Source of the DNA: Antechinus flavipes | Lineage: Eukaryota | Assembly (NCBI RefSeq): GCF_016432865.1 | Contig: NC_067400.1 | Coordinates: 623,844,001-623,908,000, forward strand | DNA length: 64,000 nt | Reading direction: 5' to 3' | Shown: one piece after another, positions 28,498-55,799 of the stretch | How positions within the stretch are numbered: the stretch's first letter is position 1 | How the letters are laid out: each line of letters starts with the position of its first letter | Translations under genes and position numbers: made by a program | Notes under the pieces: generated by a model | Seen by the model: only the letters and a program-made list of their open reading frames with translations | The model's database searches: none | What the model was told of the DNA's origin: nothing

Positions 28498-29037
28498 TCC
28501 CAGCCCTGAGGGATGGGGGTGGGGACAGATGGGGGAGCCTGACTGAGAGGCCTCGGGGGCCCAGAAAGCTGGATCCAGGGCTCCATGAAGCTGAGACTTG
28601 AATCACACAGGCAGCAGGAAAGGGGTTTGCCAGTGATGGGGGTGGGAAGCTCTAGAATACTAGCTGGCGGAGAACACCAGATGGGGGCGGGGGGGACCGG
28701 GCAGATCTGGATGCTGGGCCCCGGCTGGGGACCATCTCCGTTCTCCCCTGGGGTCCCAGGTGTGGGGGCGCAGCCTCCCACAGGACTTCAAATTGAAGGT
28801 AGGCTCGGGACAAGGGACTAGGAGAGTGGTGGGCCAGGGCTACTAGGCGGGGGTGGGGAACTAGAACATGGGGGTGGGGATTAGAATTAGGAAAGTAGGA
28901 TAGGATAAGGGAGATTAGAATGAGGGGAGCGGATGCAGGATGCCAGTCCCAGGTGGGGGAAGGGGGGAGAGAACCAACAGATCCGAGAACTCCCCCCGGC
29001 CGCACCCGTCCGAGGAGAGGGCGAAGCAGCGGAGCGC

Positions 29038-43441
<14,404 letters not shown>

Positions 43442-46400
43442 CTAGAGGGGTGGGGAGGGAGTCCGCAGTCCTGGGGGCCGGGGAGGGGGCGGGAGGGGGG
43501 GCCGCAGGGCCCGGCGAGCCGGGACCCCGTTGCTTTGGCTGCGCTGCGCTATGAGGAGGCTCTTGGGTACCTGCTGAAAAGTGGGGGCCCGGGGAAGGGG
43601 TGTTAACCGTGACGACCAAGAGGGCGGGACTTCCTCTTAAAGGTGCCCCCCAACCCCCCCAGGCAGTCTGTGCATCTATGTGTCTGTCCCTCTCACACCC
43701 CCACGGACCAGCTCTAGCTCTCTGCCCCCCCCCCCCCCAGTTCCCGAAAAATCCATGTCTGACTCAGTCTCTCCCCATCCCGCCCGGACCCTCCCAGCTC
43801 TCCTCTCCAGCATCTTTCCTGCCTCCCTGTCTCTCTCTGTGTCTGTCTCGTTGTCTCTGTCTCTCGTTTCTGTCCCCCATCTCTCTGTCTCTGTCTCCAC
43901 TTGTTCTTCACTATCTCTGGGTCTGTCTCGGTCTCTGTCTCTGTTCTCCCGGCCCCGCCCCCGTTGCCCTGGGCATCCTCCACCGCCCCTCACAGCCCGA
44001 AGCCGAGGTAACGCGATGCATTGTGGAAAATGTAGTCCAGCTGCAGCCTCGGAAGGGCGCCTCGGGCGGAGTTGGAAACTACAGCCCCCAGCATGCCTCG
44101 CAGCAGCTCGGCCCCCTTAGCCTGTGCAGCCCTCCGAGGCTGGTGAGTCGGACCCGGAGCCCATCCCCGGAGCCCATCCCCGGCCTGGACCTCCCTGGCA
44201 GCCCCCCGACCCACCCGGGGCTCTGTGGCTGCAGGCTTGTCCCTCTCGGTCTCCGCGCCAGCCCCTCCCCCGGGACCGCAAAGTGTCAGAGCTGGCACCT
44301 TGAAACCCCTTAGTCCCTAACTTGACAGAAAAGGAAACTGAGGCTCAGAGGAGCCAAGGAGTTGCTCGGAGCCGCCCAGGCAGCAGCAGGGGCAGAGCAC
44401 TGTCCATGCGCCAGCAGGTTCGGTCTCTCTGTCTCCCCGATCGTCCTGTCTCGGTCTGTCTCCGAGTCTGTTAGTCTTTATGTCAATCAGAGGGCCCTGC
44501 GTGAGACTCGGAGTCTGGAAGAGGCTCCGTCTGTGTCTTTCCGGCCTTCTTACCTCCCCCCCCCCCCCCTTACACTTCGATCCGGTGACGCGGCTCTCGC
44601 GTGTTCCTGCCCAGACCCTGGATCCCTCCCCTTCGGGCATGGTCGGCCCACCCCGTCGCTGCGACGTTCTCCTCCCGATCTCAGCCCCCCCCCCCCCTTT
44701 TATAAGAAGCCTCTTCAGCCTGTGCCTTCCCGCGGGGGGGGGGGGAAGCGTCTCCAGTGTATCTTTCTAGAGCTGGCTTTGCCCACCCCCACCCCTAGGT
44801 CGGGCGCTCCTCGAGAGCAGGGTCAGTGCTTTGACTTTCTGTCTGCAGCGCGTAGTCCGGCGCCTGGCACCTAGTAGGAGCTTAATGCTTCCGGAGCCTG
44901 GTCCCTCCCAGGCTCCTTCACGCTTCGCCGTGGAGTCCCCGCTGGGGCTCAGTACCTGGCTTTAACAATCTGTCTCGCTCCGGGATCCCAATCCAAAGGT
45001 TAATCGGCCCCTGCTCCCCCTCCCCCCAGCCGGGACCAGACAGCTCCCAGCTCGCGCCCCCGCGGCTCCGCGGCCCCGCCCCACGGCCCGGCCCGGGGTG
45101 AGGTCTCACTTTCCCTTTCCAGCCCATTTCCCTTTCTCCCCCTCCAGGACTTGCGCTCAGACCCGCGGCGGCCTGGGGCTGAGCATCGGGGCACGTGGCC
45201 CGCTTCCGGGCCTCCGGGCATTAGTTCTCTCCCGCGGGACGAGCCTCCCAGCCGAGGCTTTCCCGGGAATCCGGGGCCGCTGGATGTCGATCCCAGCCGA
45301 AGCTGCCCCACCCGAGACCGTGTCCCCCGCTGTCAAACGGGGACAGCAGCAGCAGCTGCGCCGGGCAGCCCAAGGGTGGAGCCCTTGGTAGGCACTAACA
45401 GCTTGGCTCAGTCCTCTGGGCGCCCCGGGGCCCAGGGGGGGGGCAGAAGAGCTGGACCCCCAAGCCCAGCTACGCCCCCGCCCACTTGACGCCATGACGG
45501 TCCCCAGGCCCCGATTCTCTGGGGTTTTTGGCAAACCACCCGGTGAGGGACATGAGGCAAATAAGGGATTGGTCCCATTTTAAAGATGCAACTGAGGCAC
45601 AGTGTGTGTTACAAAGTATCAGAGACAGGATCTAAACTCAGTTCTCCAGGCCTCCCGGGGCTCCAAGGAAGAGACAGGGTCTTTCTTCTCCTCGGGGGTG
45701 GTGAAGAGATCCCAGGGCTGGGAGTCAGGAGTCCTAGGGGACGTCTTAAGCTCAGCTTTTGAGACAACGGGTAAATCCCTCCAGCTCCAGGGGACCCATT
45801 TCCCCAGCTTTAAAACAGCCCGTTCCTTTGGAGCCAGAAGACCGAGTTCCAATCCCAAGTCTCCCACTACCTCAAGGTTGGGCAAGTTCCTTCCCTTCTC
45901 TGGTTTCATTTTGCAAATGAGGAAGCAGGACTGGGGTGGCCGGGAGGAGTTAGCCCTTCGCAGCCGGAACCGGCATCGCATTTGATCCTCCCCTCGGGAG
46001 CACTTGGGAGGGAGCTGCTATTATCCCCATTTGGCAAATAAGGAAATCGAGGCTCGGAAGGACTAGCCTGGCCGGGCTCCGAGTATCCCAACCGGGCTTG
46101 GAATCCACTTTAGGCCTCATGACACCTGCCCAGGTGGGATCCACAGGATCTAGAACCAAGAGACTCCATTCGTCCACCCCATCCCCATCAAACATGAGAA
46201 AACTCAGGACGCCCGAACTTGCCCAAAAGTGGGGTACTAGGGGCCCAAGCCCCAGGCCTGGACTCCAGTTCCCTATCACGTCTCCCCAACTTCTGGCCTT
46301 TTCAACAACCCCCCCCCCGTGCCTAGGAGACTGGCGAGTTGGGGGGCTGTCCCCTTCCCCCTCACCCCAAAGAACGCACCAGAACATTTCATATGTGGCC

Positions 46401-47517
46401 TTTATGTTGAGGTAAAAAAAAAATTGCAGATACTAATTGCAGATGTGTGGGGAGGAGGAGGGGCAGCGTGTAACAGCATCACATCCGACACAGCCGAGGA
46501 TCCCCAGAGAAAGCGCTGTGGGGTGCTCGGAAGGGGCGGCAGAACCCATACACACACAGCAGGGGGCGCAAGCAAAGACCCTTTGCTCCCTTCTCTCTGC
46601 TCCTCCAGACCCGTCAGTCTGAAGGAAACCGGCCCGAGGCAGATGGGGAGCCCGGAGCTCCCCCCGCTGCCCCCCGGGAGGAGGAGGACTCTGCGGGGGA
46701 GGGAGGAGCTGCGGCAGGTGTCGTGATGATGGAGCCCAAGGTGGAGCAGGGCTGGGATCTGGGCCCTCCCACCTGAGAATCCTACACACCTCCAGGAATA
46801 CATTTCCACGTGGAAGGGAAGGCGCATTTGGCACAGAGAGGCTGCCCCCGGCGCCTCCAGTCAAGCGGGAAGAGGATGGAGAAGGAGGCCACGGCCTTTT
46901 CCACTCTTCCAACATTCACGCGGGCTAAGGCACACAGGACTGGGGAGGGGAGCGGGCGGACCAACATGCTTTGGCAGTAGGAACCCGTGGCCCATGGGGA
47001 GGGGTGATGTGTGGCCCTAACCCGGGGAGCTTCTGATGGGATGGGCCAGGGCGAAGAAGCTCAGCACCTTAAAAGGGGGTGGGGCAGGCAGAAGGGCAGA
47101 GACGGGGGAAGAGCTGGCCAAGAGCAGGGGGGCGGTGGGGAGAGGAGAGGAGGAGGGGAGGAGGGGGGGATGATGGGGAGAGGAAGGGGGGAGGAGAGGA
47201 GGACGGGGACGGTGGGGAAAGGAGCAGGCAGGGAGTGGGGAGAGAAGTGGGGGGGGGGCGGTGGGGAAAGGAGCAGAGGAAGATGGTGGGGAGAGGAACA
47301 GGTGAGGGGGGGGACAGTGGGGAGAGGAGCAGAGGGGGGACAGTGGAGAGAAAAGCAGGCTGTGGGCGCTGGGTAGAGGAGCAGGCAGGGAGGGGGGAAG
47401 AGGAGCAGAGGGGGATGATGGGGAGAGAAGCAGAGGGGGACGGTGGGGAGAAACGCAGGCAGGGACAGGAAGGGGGACAGTAAGGGGAAGAATGAAGTGG
47501 AGAGGCCGGTGCCCGGC

Positions 47518-48486
47518 TCACACTCTGATGAAAACCAGCCAGGCCGAGTGCACCAGGTCGGCCACGTAGGCCAGGAAGTTGACCGCCGTGAGGATGGCCA
47601 CCGTCAGCCGGCGATCCCAGTCGCACACGTAGTAGGCGTGGCGGTAGGGGCAGCTCGCGTCCTCCCGCCTCCGGGACCGGCCCCCCCTGCGGTCATCGAA
47701 CTGATAGAGGGGCCAGAGCACCAGGGCCGAGGCGTAGAGCGCCACCGCCAGCACGGCCAGGCCGGTGAGGAAGGTGGGGAACGGGATGGGCAGCTGGCCC
47801 GTGCAGTCCCCCAGGCTCAGGATGATGGCCACCGCGGACAGGATGAAGCAGATGCAGTAGACGGCCAGACACCACTCCAGGGCCGAGTGGCGCTGGTAGA
47901 TGGGCGGGTCGCTGATGAAGGCGAAGATGATGCAGGCGACAAAGGTCTCCAGGACCTTGAGGAGGCCGGGCACGGTGGCCATGTAGCCTGTGACCTCCCC
48001 GGGCCGGGCTCTGGTCCAGGCTACCTCGGTGGCGTAGGCCAGGCAGGCCACGCAGGAGAAGAAAGTGGCCGCGATGGCGTGGTCCCGGCTCCGGCCGTGG
48101 CTCATGAACTGCACGTAGGTGGTGGGGTAGATGATGGAGGCCGAGAGGCAGAGCAGGGTGGCGTAGCACGCGTAGGTGATGGGGAAGTTGCGCCAGGAGA
48201 GCGGGAACCGGGGCTGTAAGCCGGCCATCTCCACCAACAGGATCACCAGCGTCATGGCAAAGCAGAAGCACCAGGCGAACATCACCCAGTTGCCCATGAC
48301 CCCGACCCAGGCCCCGACGTGGACCACCAAGGAGAAGGCCACGCAGGTGGACACCAGCTGCAGCAGGCGCAGGAGGCCCAGCTTGGATGTCAGTGCCCGC
48401 GGAGAGCCCACTATGGTGGGGGAGCCCAGGCCGGAGGTGGTGGTGGTGGTGGTGGTCACCGTGGTCCGAGTCACAGTCACCGGCAT
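47518..48486 (-). CDS. MYADM: Myeloid-associated differentiation marker (two MARVEL domains), single coding exon
   Basis: MPVTVTRTTVTTTTTTTSGLGSP...LVFIRV*, 322 aa; splice acceptor cag|ccATG at 48489/48488. Confidence 0.96.
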   Translation of the reverse strand: MPVTVTRTTVTTTTTTTSGLGSPTIVGSPRALTSKLGLLRLLQLVSTCVAFSLVVHVGAWVGVMGNWVMFAWCFCFAMTLVILLVEMAGLQPRFPLSWRNFPITYACYATLLCLSASIIYPTTYVQFMSHGRSRDHAIAATFFSCVACLAYATEVAWTRARPGEVTGYMATVPGLLKVLETFVACIIFAFISDPPIYQRHSALEWCLAVYCICFILSAVAIILSLGDCTGQLPIPFPTFLTGLAVLAVALYASALVLWPLYQFDDRRGGRSRRREDASCPYRHAYYVCDWDRRLTVAILTAVNFLAYVADLVHSAWLVFIRV

Positions 48487-49696
48487 GGCTGGGGGGACAG
48501 GAGGCTCATCAGACCGGGGCCTGGCCACTCAGGCCTCAGAGGGCCCCAGCCGGTTCCTCTCCCCCCTCCCCAGTGTGTGGGAGCCCGCCCTGGGGGAGCC
48601 AACCACTAAAGCTGGATTGGACTTTAGAGGTGACCTCATCCCAGGAGGGGACCCACCCTGCGCTGCTGTCTATTCAGGCAACTACCCCACCCCGTTGGCC
48701 CAGAAAGTCCCCAAAGTAACATCCAGACTTCCTCTCAGTGTGTGGGTGTGTCCAGCCTCAGCCCTGGGAGCCACTGGGGTTTGCAGAGCCCCCACCTCAC
48801 ACATGCTGGGGCACCCCTACCTGCAAGCTCCGGTCACACTCCTTCCAGGGCAGATGGATCCGACAGACGGACAGGTGGGGGCCCGGCCGCTCCGCCAAGC
48901 TGCGGGGAGGAAGGGACAGTGACCCACAGACAATGGGAAGGTCACCGGGGGGGCTGACCGGCCCAGGCTGGACTGCTGTCTGTCAGGCAGCTATCTCGTG
49001 CCATTGGCCCGGAAAGTCCCCAAAATGANNNNNNNNNNNNNNNNNNNNNNNNNNNNNNNNNNNNNNNNNNNNNNNNNNNNNNNNNNNNNNNNNNNNNNNN
49101 NNNNNNNNNNNNNNNNNNNNNNNNNNNNNNNNNNNNNNNNNNNNNNNNNNNNNNNNNNNNNNNNNNNNNNNNNNNNNNNNNNNNNNNNNNNNNNNNNNNN
49201 NNNNNNNNNNNNNNNNNNNNNNNNNNNNNNNNNNNNNNNNNNNNNNNNNNNNNNNNNNNNNNNNNNNNNNNNNNNNNNNNNNNNNNNNNNNNNNNNCTGT
49301 GTGTGTGCCCAGGCTCCGGCCCTGGGAGGCACTCGGGTTTGTAGGGCCCCCCTTCCTGCAATCTCGGGTCACACTGTTCATGGACAGACAGGTGATAGCC
49401 CAGCTACTTTGTGAAGCTACAGGGGTTTGGGGGGACAGAGAGTGACCCAGAGACAATGGGAAGATCACTCCGCGGACGTGGCCACTTCCGGACCGCACGC
49501 CACCTACAAAGCCTCGGCCCCCACTTATCTCAAGAGCCCCGCCCTCATCTAAGAGGGAACTGTGGAGGCGCCGCCTCAGGCGGCCGAGCCGCGGAAGGGT
49601 TAAGGGCGTGGCTCCGGAGGGGCCGAGATTGGGGCCGCGGGCCGGGGGAGCGGCAGGGGGCGGCGGGAGCGGCAGCCAGCCAGCAGCCGGAGCTCG

Positions 49697-49706
49697 CCTT
49701 ATAAGG
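49697..49706. promoter_or_regulatory. Perfect CArG box (SRF site) in MYADM upstream CpG island
   Basis: CCTTATAAGG matches CC(A/T)6GG and is palindromic. Confidence 0.6.
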
Positions 49707-52182
49707 TCTGGGCCCGCTTAGACCCGGGATTTGCCGCCCTTCCCCCTCCTGGGGCTGCGGCCAGCTGGGCGGGAGCGGGATCCCCGCGGAAGGACCAGAC
49801 CCCGGGGTGCCAGAGAAGGATCTGGGCGGGGCCGGGCCGAGGGCCCCCGCCCGGGGTCATGTTTCTCTCCTTCCCACCACGCCTGCCGGAAACCCCACCG
49901 GCGCGGAGGCTCCCCGGGGTAAGTGGCCATCCCGCCGGCGCAGCGAGCGCCCGGCTGGCGGCCTCCCTGGCCCTCCCACGTGCCCGAGGGGCAGTCACGT
50001 CTTGGTGACCCAGCCCCGGACCTGGGGTCCGCCTCCTCCCGAGCGGCTGTTCCAACGGCGAGGAGGACGTGAGCTAGGTGTCCCAGACGGCGGGGGAGGG
50101 AGGGAGGGAGGGGGCTGCACTGCCACCGCCTGAGGTAACGGCTCTGGAATGCACAGCTGGAGGGAGGGAGACCCGAGGGCTGGGGGAAACGCCCCTTAAC
50201 CCCTTCGGGCCCGGGGCTTCCCCAGCCGCATTCTGAAGTCCGTTACGATTGCATCTTTGCCAGATCCGAACCCCCAGCTTCCACCCCCTTCCGTTTACGT
50301 CTCAGACCCCACTCACCACCTAAGGGACCCAGTGGTCCAGCTCTCCCAGGGCACCCCTTAGCTCTCAACCGGCTGAAAGTCCTTCAGGGACTCAGGCAGA
50401 CGGGTTCGATTCTCCCGCCCATCTGGGATCCAGGCACAAGCCCTCCTAGGTGGTCCCGGAGCTGAGACAGTCGTCCCCTCCATCTACCTCAGAGCCCCCC
50501 AAGAGCCCGCTGTCCCATAGATCCTAAAGAACTCCCAAAGCTTTGACCCTTAAGGGTTAAACGGGGCCCTGGCCCCCGGGGCGGCTCACCTCGAGGTCCA
50601 CGGGTTCCCTCTCGGGTACTTGTGGTGAGTGTGGGTGAGCCCAGGTCTGGGGCTGTGGTGGGAGGAAGGGAGTGAGAGCTCTGATGGGGCGGGCCCAAGA
50701 CAGAGGCGGAGTTGGGCCCCGGGAACTCACTCCAAGAGGACTCTAGGGTTTTCCCAGACCCTAGCCGCGGGCGGGGTCAAGCGAGAGAGACTCTCCTATG
50801 GGGACACTGAGGCAAAGTAAAAACTCCCAATCTCCGCCCCTCAAGAACCTCCCAACTCCTCACCCCACCCACACCAGGCGTCTCCCCCAGCCCAAGCTGG
50901 GCAGGGAAGGGGGAGACTGAAGTCACTATTTCCATGGTGACGACAAACAGGAAGCGACAACAGAAGGGGAAGATGGGAGGGGGATAAGAGAGGGGGGTCC
51001 TCCGGAATGTGGGGGTGGGGTGGGCGGGGGCGTAGCTATAGCAACGGGCGTATTTACTCCTTATTTGGGGATGATGTCCCCTACTATTCCGTTACTACAC
51101 ATCCGGTCTCATCCTCCGAGAGCTTGAGGGCTAAAGGCCCTGAGATCCCGGAGCCACCTGGATCCCAAAGGAAGCCAAGGCTGGGAGAGGCGGGGGAGCG
51201 GGGGCAGTCCAGAGGCCCGAGCCTCCCAGTGCCTCCACTCTGCCTAAAGGGATGTCGGGGTAACGGACGCTAGCGTGCGAGGCGGGTGGGGAAGGCCGTG
51301 GAGCCTGGGTCCCCGAGGGGCTGGCCGGAGCCCAGAGAAAGGGGGAAGGGAAAGAGCACGCCTGGGTCCTTCAGCAAGGCGGCGTTTGTTAAAGCCGGAC
51401 ACCTGGGTTCCGGAGAAAGGGGGGATGGGAAGAGCTCGCCTGGGTCCTAGACCAAGGCGGGGCTTTAGAACCGGACACCTGGGTCCTGGAGAAGGGCGGA
51501 GCTTAGAGGGTCCTCTGGCAAGGGGGAGGGGGGGCGCTGGGCGGCCCGATGCCCGAGTCCTGCCCTCCCTGTCCCAGTCACTTACAGCGCAGTCTTCGGG
51601 TCCCACGTCTGGGCCTCGCTTTGGGCCTGCTGGAGGGTGGGACCTGGGAGGGGGGCTGCGGCTGGAGCAGCGAGTGCTGAGCCCGGTGGAGCCAACCGAG
51701 ACACCGGGACTGGCCCAGCTCCGCCTCTCCGCCCCGCCCCGCCCCTCGGCTCACCTCGGCTGAGGCGGCAAAGGTCCGTCTTCTGTTTGGTTTTGCCTGC
51801 GGGTCCTGGCCGAACGGGGTCACCCGGCGGATGTCTGGAGTCTGGGGCCCAGGGCGGGGCTTGAGGGGCCGCAGGGAAGCAGAATACCGCTGGTGATGTT
51901 GGGGGGCGGGAGGAGAATGGGGGCGGGGGAGCAGGACAGGGGAGGAGACTATCGGAGAAGCAGGGGCTTCAGCACCTCTGGGGCTGGGCTCCTGCCCCCC
52001 AAAACGCAGGTGCCGGGCAAACTCGGGCAGAGAGCCCGCAAGGACACACACATCAGCAGCACCCCCAGGACCCCGAGCCCATGCGCCCCAGGCGCCCCTT
52101 GGGGCACCTGTGGAGGTCCTGGAAGTTGCTGTGGCTGAATGAAGCCTTGTTCGCCCTCTGCCACTTCTTGCCTCCAGACACC

Positions 52183-52188
52183 TTTATA
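52183..52188 (-). promoter_or_regulatory. Possible TATA box for a distal MYADM promoter
   Basis: TATAAAGG on - strand at the edge of the GC-rich domain. Confidence 0.3.
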
Positions 52189-52654
52189 AAAATCACCCAT
52201 TTCCCCCAGAACTGAGGCCCAGGGGTGTCTGGAGCCCTAGCTTCCTACTTGACGTTACCCATTTGCAGGCCTCAGATACTCTGGACTTGACACTCCTGCA
52301 CAGGGAGGAACGAGACAGAACTCCCTCAGTGCTCCCCAGGGCCAGTGCCTCCTACCCCTAGTCCCTGCTCTCCCATTTCACTTTTCCATGGGCTGGGGCC
52401 CCCAGGACTCGTCTCCCTCCCACCTGGACTGTTAGGGAGCCGGTCCTCAGCTAGTCCACTGTTAAAAATGGCTGCCGAAAGGGGCAGTTCATCTCTCTGA
52501 GCTGGGAGAAGGGAGGAATTCCCGGCCACACAAGAACCAGAGGACATTCTGAAGTGCAAAACAGACAACTTTGATTACATTAAATAGGTCTTGCACAAAA
52601 TCAACCCAAATAAGATTAAAAGGGAAGCACAAAGCTGGGGGAGGGGGAATTTTA

Positions 52655-53510
52655 TAGCCAGTGTTACTGATAAAAGGCCTCATTTCTAAAATATATAAAC
52701 TGTCAAATTTATAGCCATACAAGTGATTCCCCAACTGACAATGGTCAAAGGATATGAACAATTTTCAGATGAATTAAAGCTAGTTGTAAATCGCTATTGA
52801 TTAGAGAAATGCACATTAAAACTCATTCCTCTCAGAGTGGCTAAGATGACAGGAAAAGATAAATGTTGGAGGGAATGTGGAAAAACTGGGACACTAATGC
52901 ATTGTGGGTAGAGTTGTGAAATGGTCCAACCATTCTGGAGAGCAATTTAGGGCCATGCTTAAAGGACTGTCAAACTCATCATACTTTGAAGCAAGTGTCC
53001 CTAATAGGTCTGGATCCCAAGGAAGTCATAAAAGAGGGGAAACAAAATGTTTCTAGCAGTTTTTTGTAGTGGCAAAAAAAAAAAAAAAATTGCTGAATAA
53101 GTTATGGTATATGAAAGTAATGGAGTATTCTATAGAAAATGAACAGGCTGATTTTAGAAAGGCCTGGGAAGATTTATATGAACTGATGCCGAGTGAAACA
53201 AGCAGGACCAGGAATACGCCATATACAGTAACAAGACTGCGTTGATCGACTAGGAAAGATCTGGTTCTTCTCAGCAGTTCAGTGATCCAAAGCGGTCCCA
53301 ATAAACTTTGGTTGGAAAATGCCATATGCACCCAGAGATTAATAGGAAGACCATGTAAATCAACACGGGCTATGTTGACTTTCCTTTTTTCTCTCATAGT
53401 TTCTCCCTTTTGTTCTGATTTTCCTAACACGATTCATAAAGAAATGGTTTTTTTCTTTAAAAATGAATGTACATATATAACCAGAAAAAAAAATTGTGAA
53501 AAAAACTGGC
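52655..53510 (+). mobile_element. Decayed L1 3' end (ORF2 C-terminus and 3'UTR)
   Basis: GGTCAAAGGATATGAAC, AAATGTTGGAGGGAATGTGGAAAAACTGGGACACTAATGCATTG, CAACCATTCTGGAGAGCAATT are recalled L1 ORF2 3' motifs. Confidence 0.8.
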
Positions 53511-55647
53511 TGCCAAAGTGAGCAAAGTTCTCCGGCATCAGTCTGACCTCACGCCTCTCCTGCTTAAGGAGCTCCCCAGCTCCCTATTGCCCTGGGAGCA
53601 AATATTAGCTCCCAAGTTTGCCCTTTAGAAATCTGGCTAGCCAGATGTCCACCTCTGTATCAGTCTGATGACCATATGGCCAGCAGGTGGTGGCTCACTA
53701 GAGAGCCCTGAATCATGCTGGCCCCATTGGAACTCTTATGACCAGTCCAAATTGGTTTATCTTAAAAACAAATTAAGTCAAAAGGCCTAGATGATGTCTA
53801 AATCAGAGTAGGGGTGTTTCCACCCCTGGTTTGAGGAAAGAGGCTTCCTCCCTTAAGAGAAGCTGCCATCCCCCATCCATCCCTCCTCAGCAGCCTCACT
53901 CCCTCCCTCCCTTGCCCCTTCCACTAGTGCTACTCATGCTTTCCCCTGTATTTTATGCACTCCCAAGTCCCCCTTAGCTCTAGGACTGGTAATGGCTTCA
54001 TGCTGCCCAGAGAGCAAAATCCATGGACCCCACTTCTCTATTCCTCACACTTTGCATTTCCATTTCCTTCACTTGCAGCCCTTTCCTGTTAAAATGTTTC
54101 TCACAGTGGTTACATTATTTAATTGAATTTACTTATGACAAAAAATAAATGCAAATAAAAAAATAAAGAATTTACTTACGACATACCTGATATCTCTAAA
54201 GTGGTTTTAAAATGCCCAAAGATAGACCGATGATTTTTCTATGTGATAATTTGGAAATGCAATCGGTATCTAAGCTTATTGTTTGTGTTCTTAGTTTTTC
54301 TCCATTGTACTGGATTTCTAAATCTTTATTGTGACATTTCAAAGCCCTTTGCAAACCAGAAACGTTACTAGACAAAACTTCCCTTTTGATCTGGATGTTA
54401 TTACGTATGAATTAGGCCTTTAAAAAAAAAAAGTGATTTTTAAAAGAGATATTTGAAAACTTATTTAATGAGTTATATTTAGTTATAGAACAGGTACTAT
54501 TTCTACTAAAAATAACTTATCACTTATTTGATGGATGTGCAAAACTCCAGAATACGGGTAATTGTCATTTATAAGGGTTAACCAATGGTAACTTTTTAAT
54601 TTTCTTGCTGTTGAATTATAGCTGCTTCAAACTTGATAACTTTATATAGGTTTTTAGATGTGATCGATCTATAATACCAATATTGAGATGAATTATTTTC
54701 ATATGGAGATCATATGGAAGGACATTCAACTAAATTAAGGTCACCTGATTAGTAATGAATGGGTCTCAAGTTTTAAATACCTAATATTGTTTTCGGTATT
54801 GTATTTCTAAAATTTTTATATTGTATAATTTGATAAAAGAATAAATGACTTAAGAAACTACCAGGAAAAAAATAAAAATAAATTAAAAAAAAAAAGCTAT
54901 TAGGTCACCATCAACCCTGTTGATCACTCCCTATAATAGTCTGAAGCATTGTAGTTAAGAACTTATAAACTCCCAAATATCGTCTATATTTTTAAAAGTT
55001 TTGCTGAAAATTATTTGGTTATCACTTAGGAAAATTATGAAATTGTTAGTAAGGTATTTGGAGTTATTGTTTTAGTTAATTTTAGTGTAATTAGTTTAGC
55101 TGAATACATAGGTATTTGAAAGGGCAAACTGATAGTTTGTATAATTAGAAAGAAAAGATCCAATTGTAAAATTTCCTTGATTTCTAAAACCATCTAGCCA
55201 TGAATTCTTATCAGTTTTTTATGGGGGTTTTCTATGTTCCTGCTAAAGTAAATAAGATACAAAATGAGAATCCTTTCACGAAAGGGGATTGAAATTTGCA
55301 AGCCTACTTCTAATGTACAGTGGATGTGTTTAAAGCCTGGTAAACTTTGTTATTGTGATGAGGCTAATTTAAATGGGTATAAAAGTTTAATTTCCTCCCT
55401 ATTGTAAATACCTTTTGATGAAAGGAAGGTAATAACTAGGAATTTTAGAATAATTAGGAATTTATTTTGTCACAGTACTTTGGGGATTTATTGATGTTAT
55501 TTAAAAATATCTTACACCAACTTCATTTTGATTAATTCCAATTTTAAAGATGGATTTTTGCTTTAAAGTTGAAAAAGTGCTTGAGCTAAATCTGTCATTT
55601 TAGAGATTCCCAATTAATTTACTTCATAAAAACTTGGTGATTATTCC

Positions 55648-55799
55648 TTTTTTTTTTTTTTTGGCCGACTCAATTGGGGTTAAGTGACTTGCCCAGAGGT
55701 ACACAACTAGGAAGCGTTAAGTATCTGAGACCAGATTTAAACTCAGGTCCTCCTGACTTCAGGGCTTGTCGCTATCTACTGGGCCATCTCACTGTCCCA
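55648..55799 (-). mobile_element. Short marsupial-type SINE (WSINE/Mar1-like) with poly(A) tail
   Basis: T15 tail then GGGGTTAAGTGACTTGCCCAG...GATTTAAACTCAGGTCCTCCTGAC; flanked on both sides by TGATTATT (55638-55645 and 55800-55807), a possible target-site duplication. Confidence 0.75.

Noticed and set aside
48487-48528. N-terminal extension of MYADM in the ORF track
   Set aside because: Starts at GTG within the intron, upstream of the acceptor at 48489
47443-48922. Plus-strand ORFs over MYADM
   Set aside because: Antisense shadows of GC3-rich coding sequence
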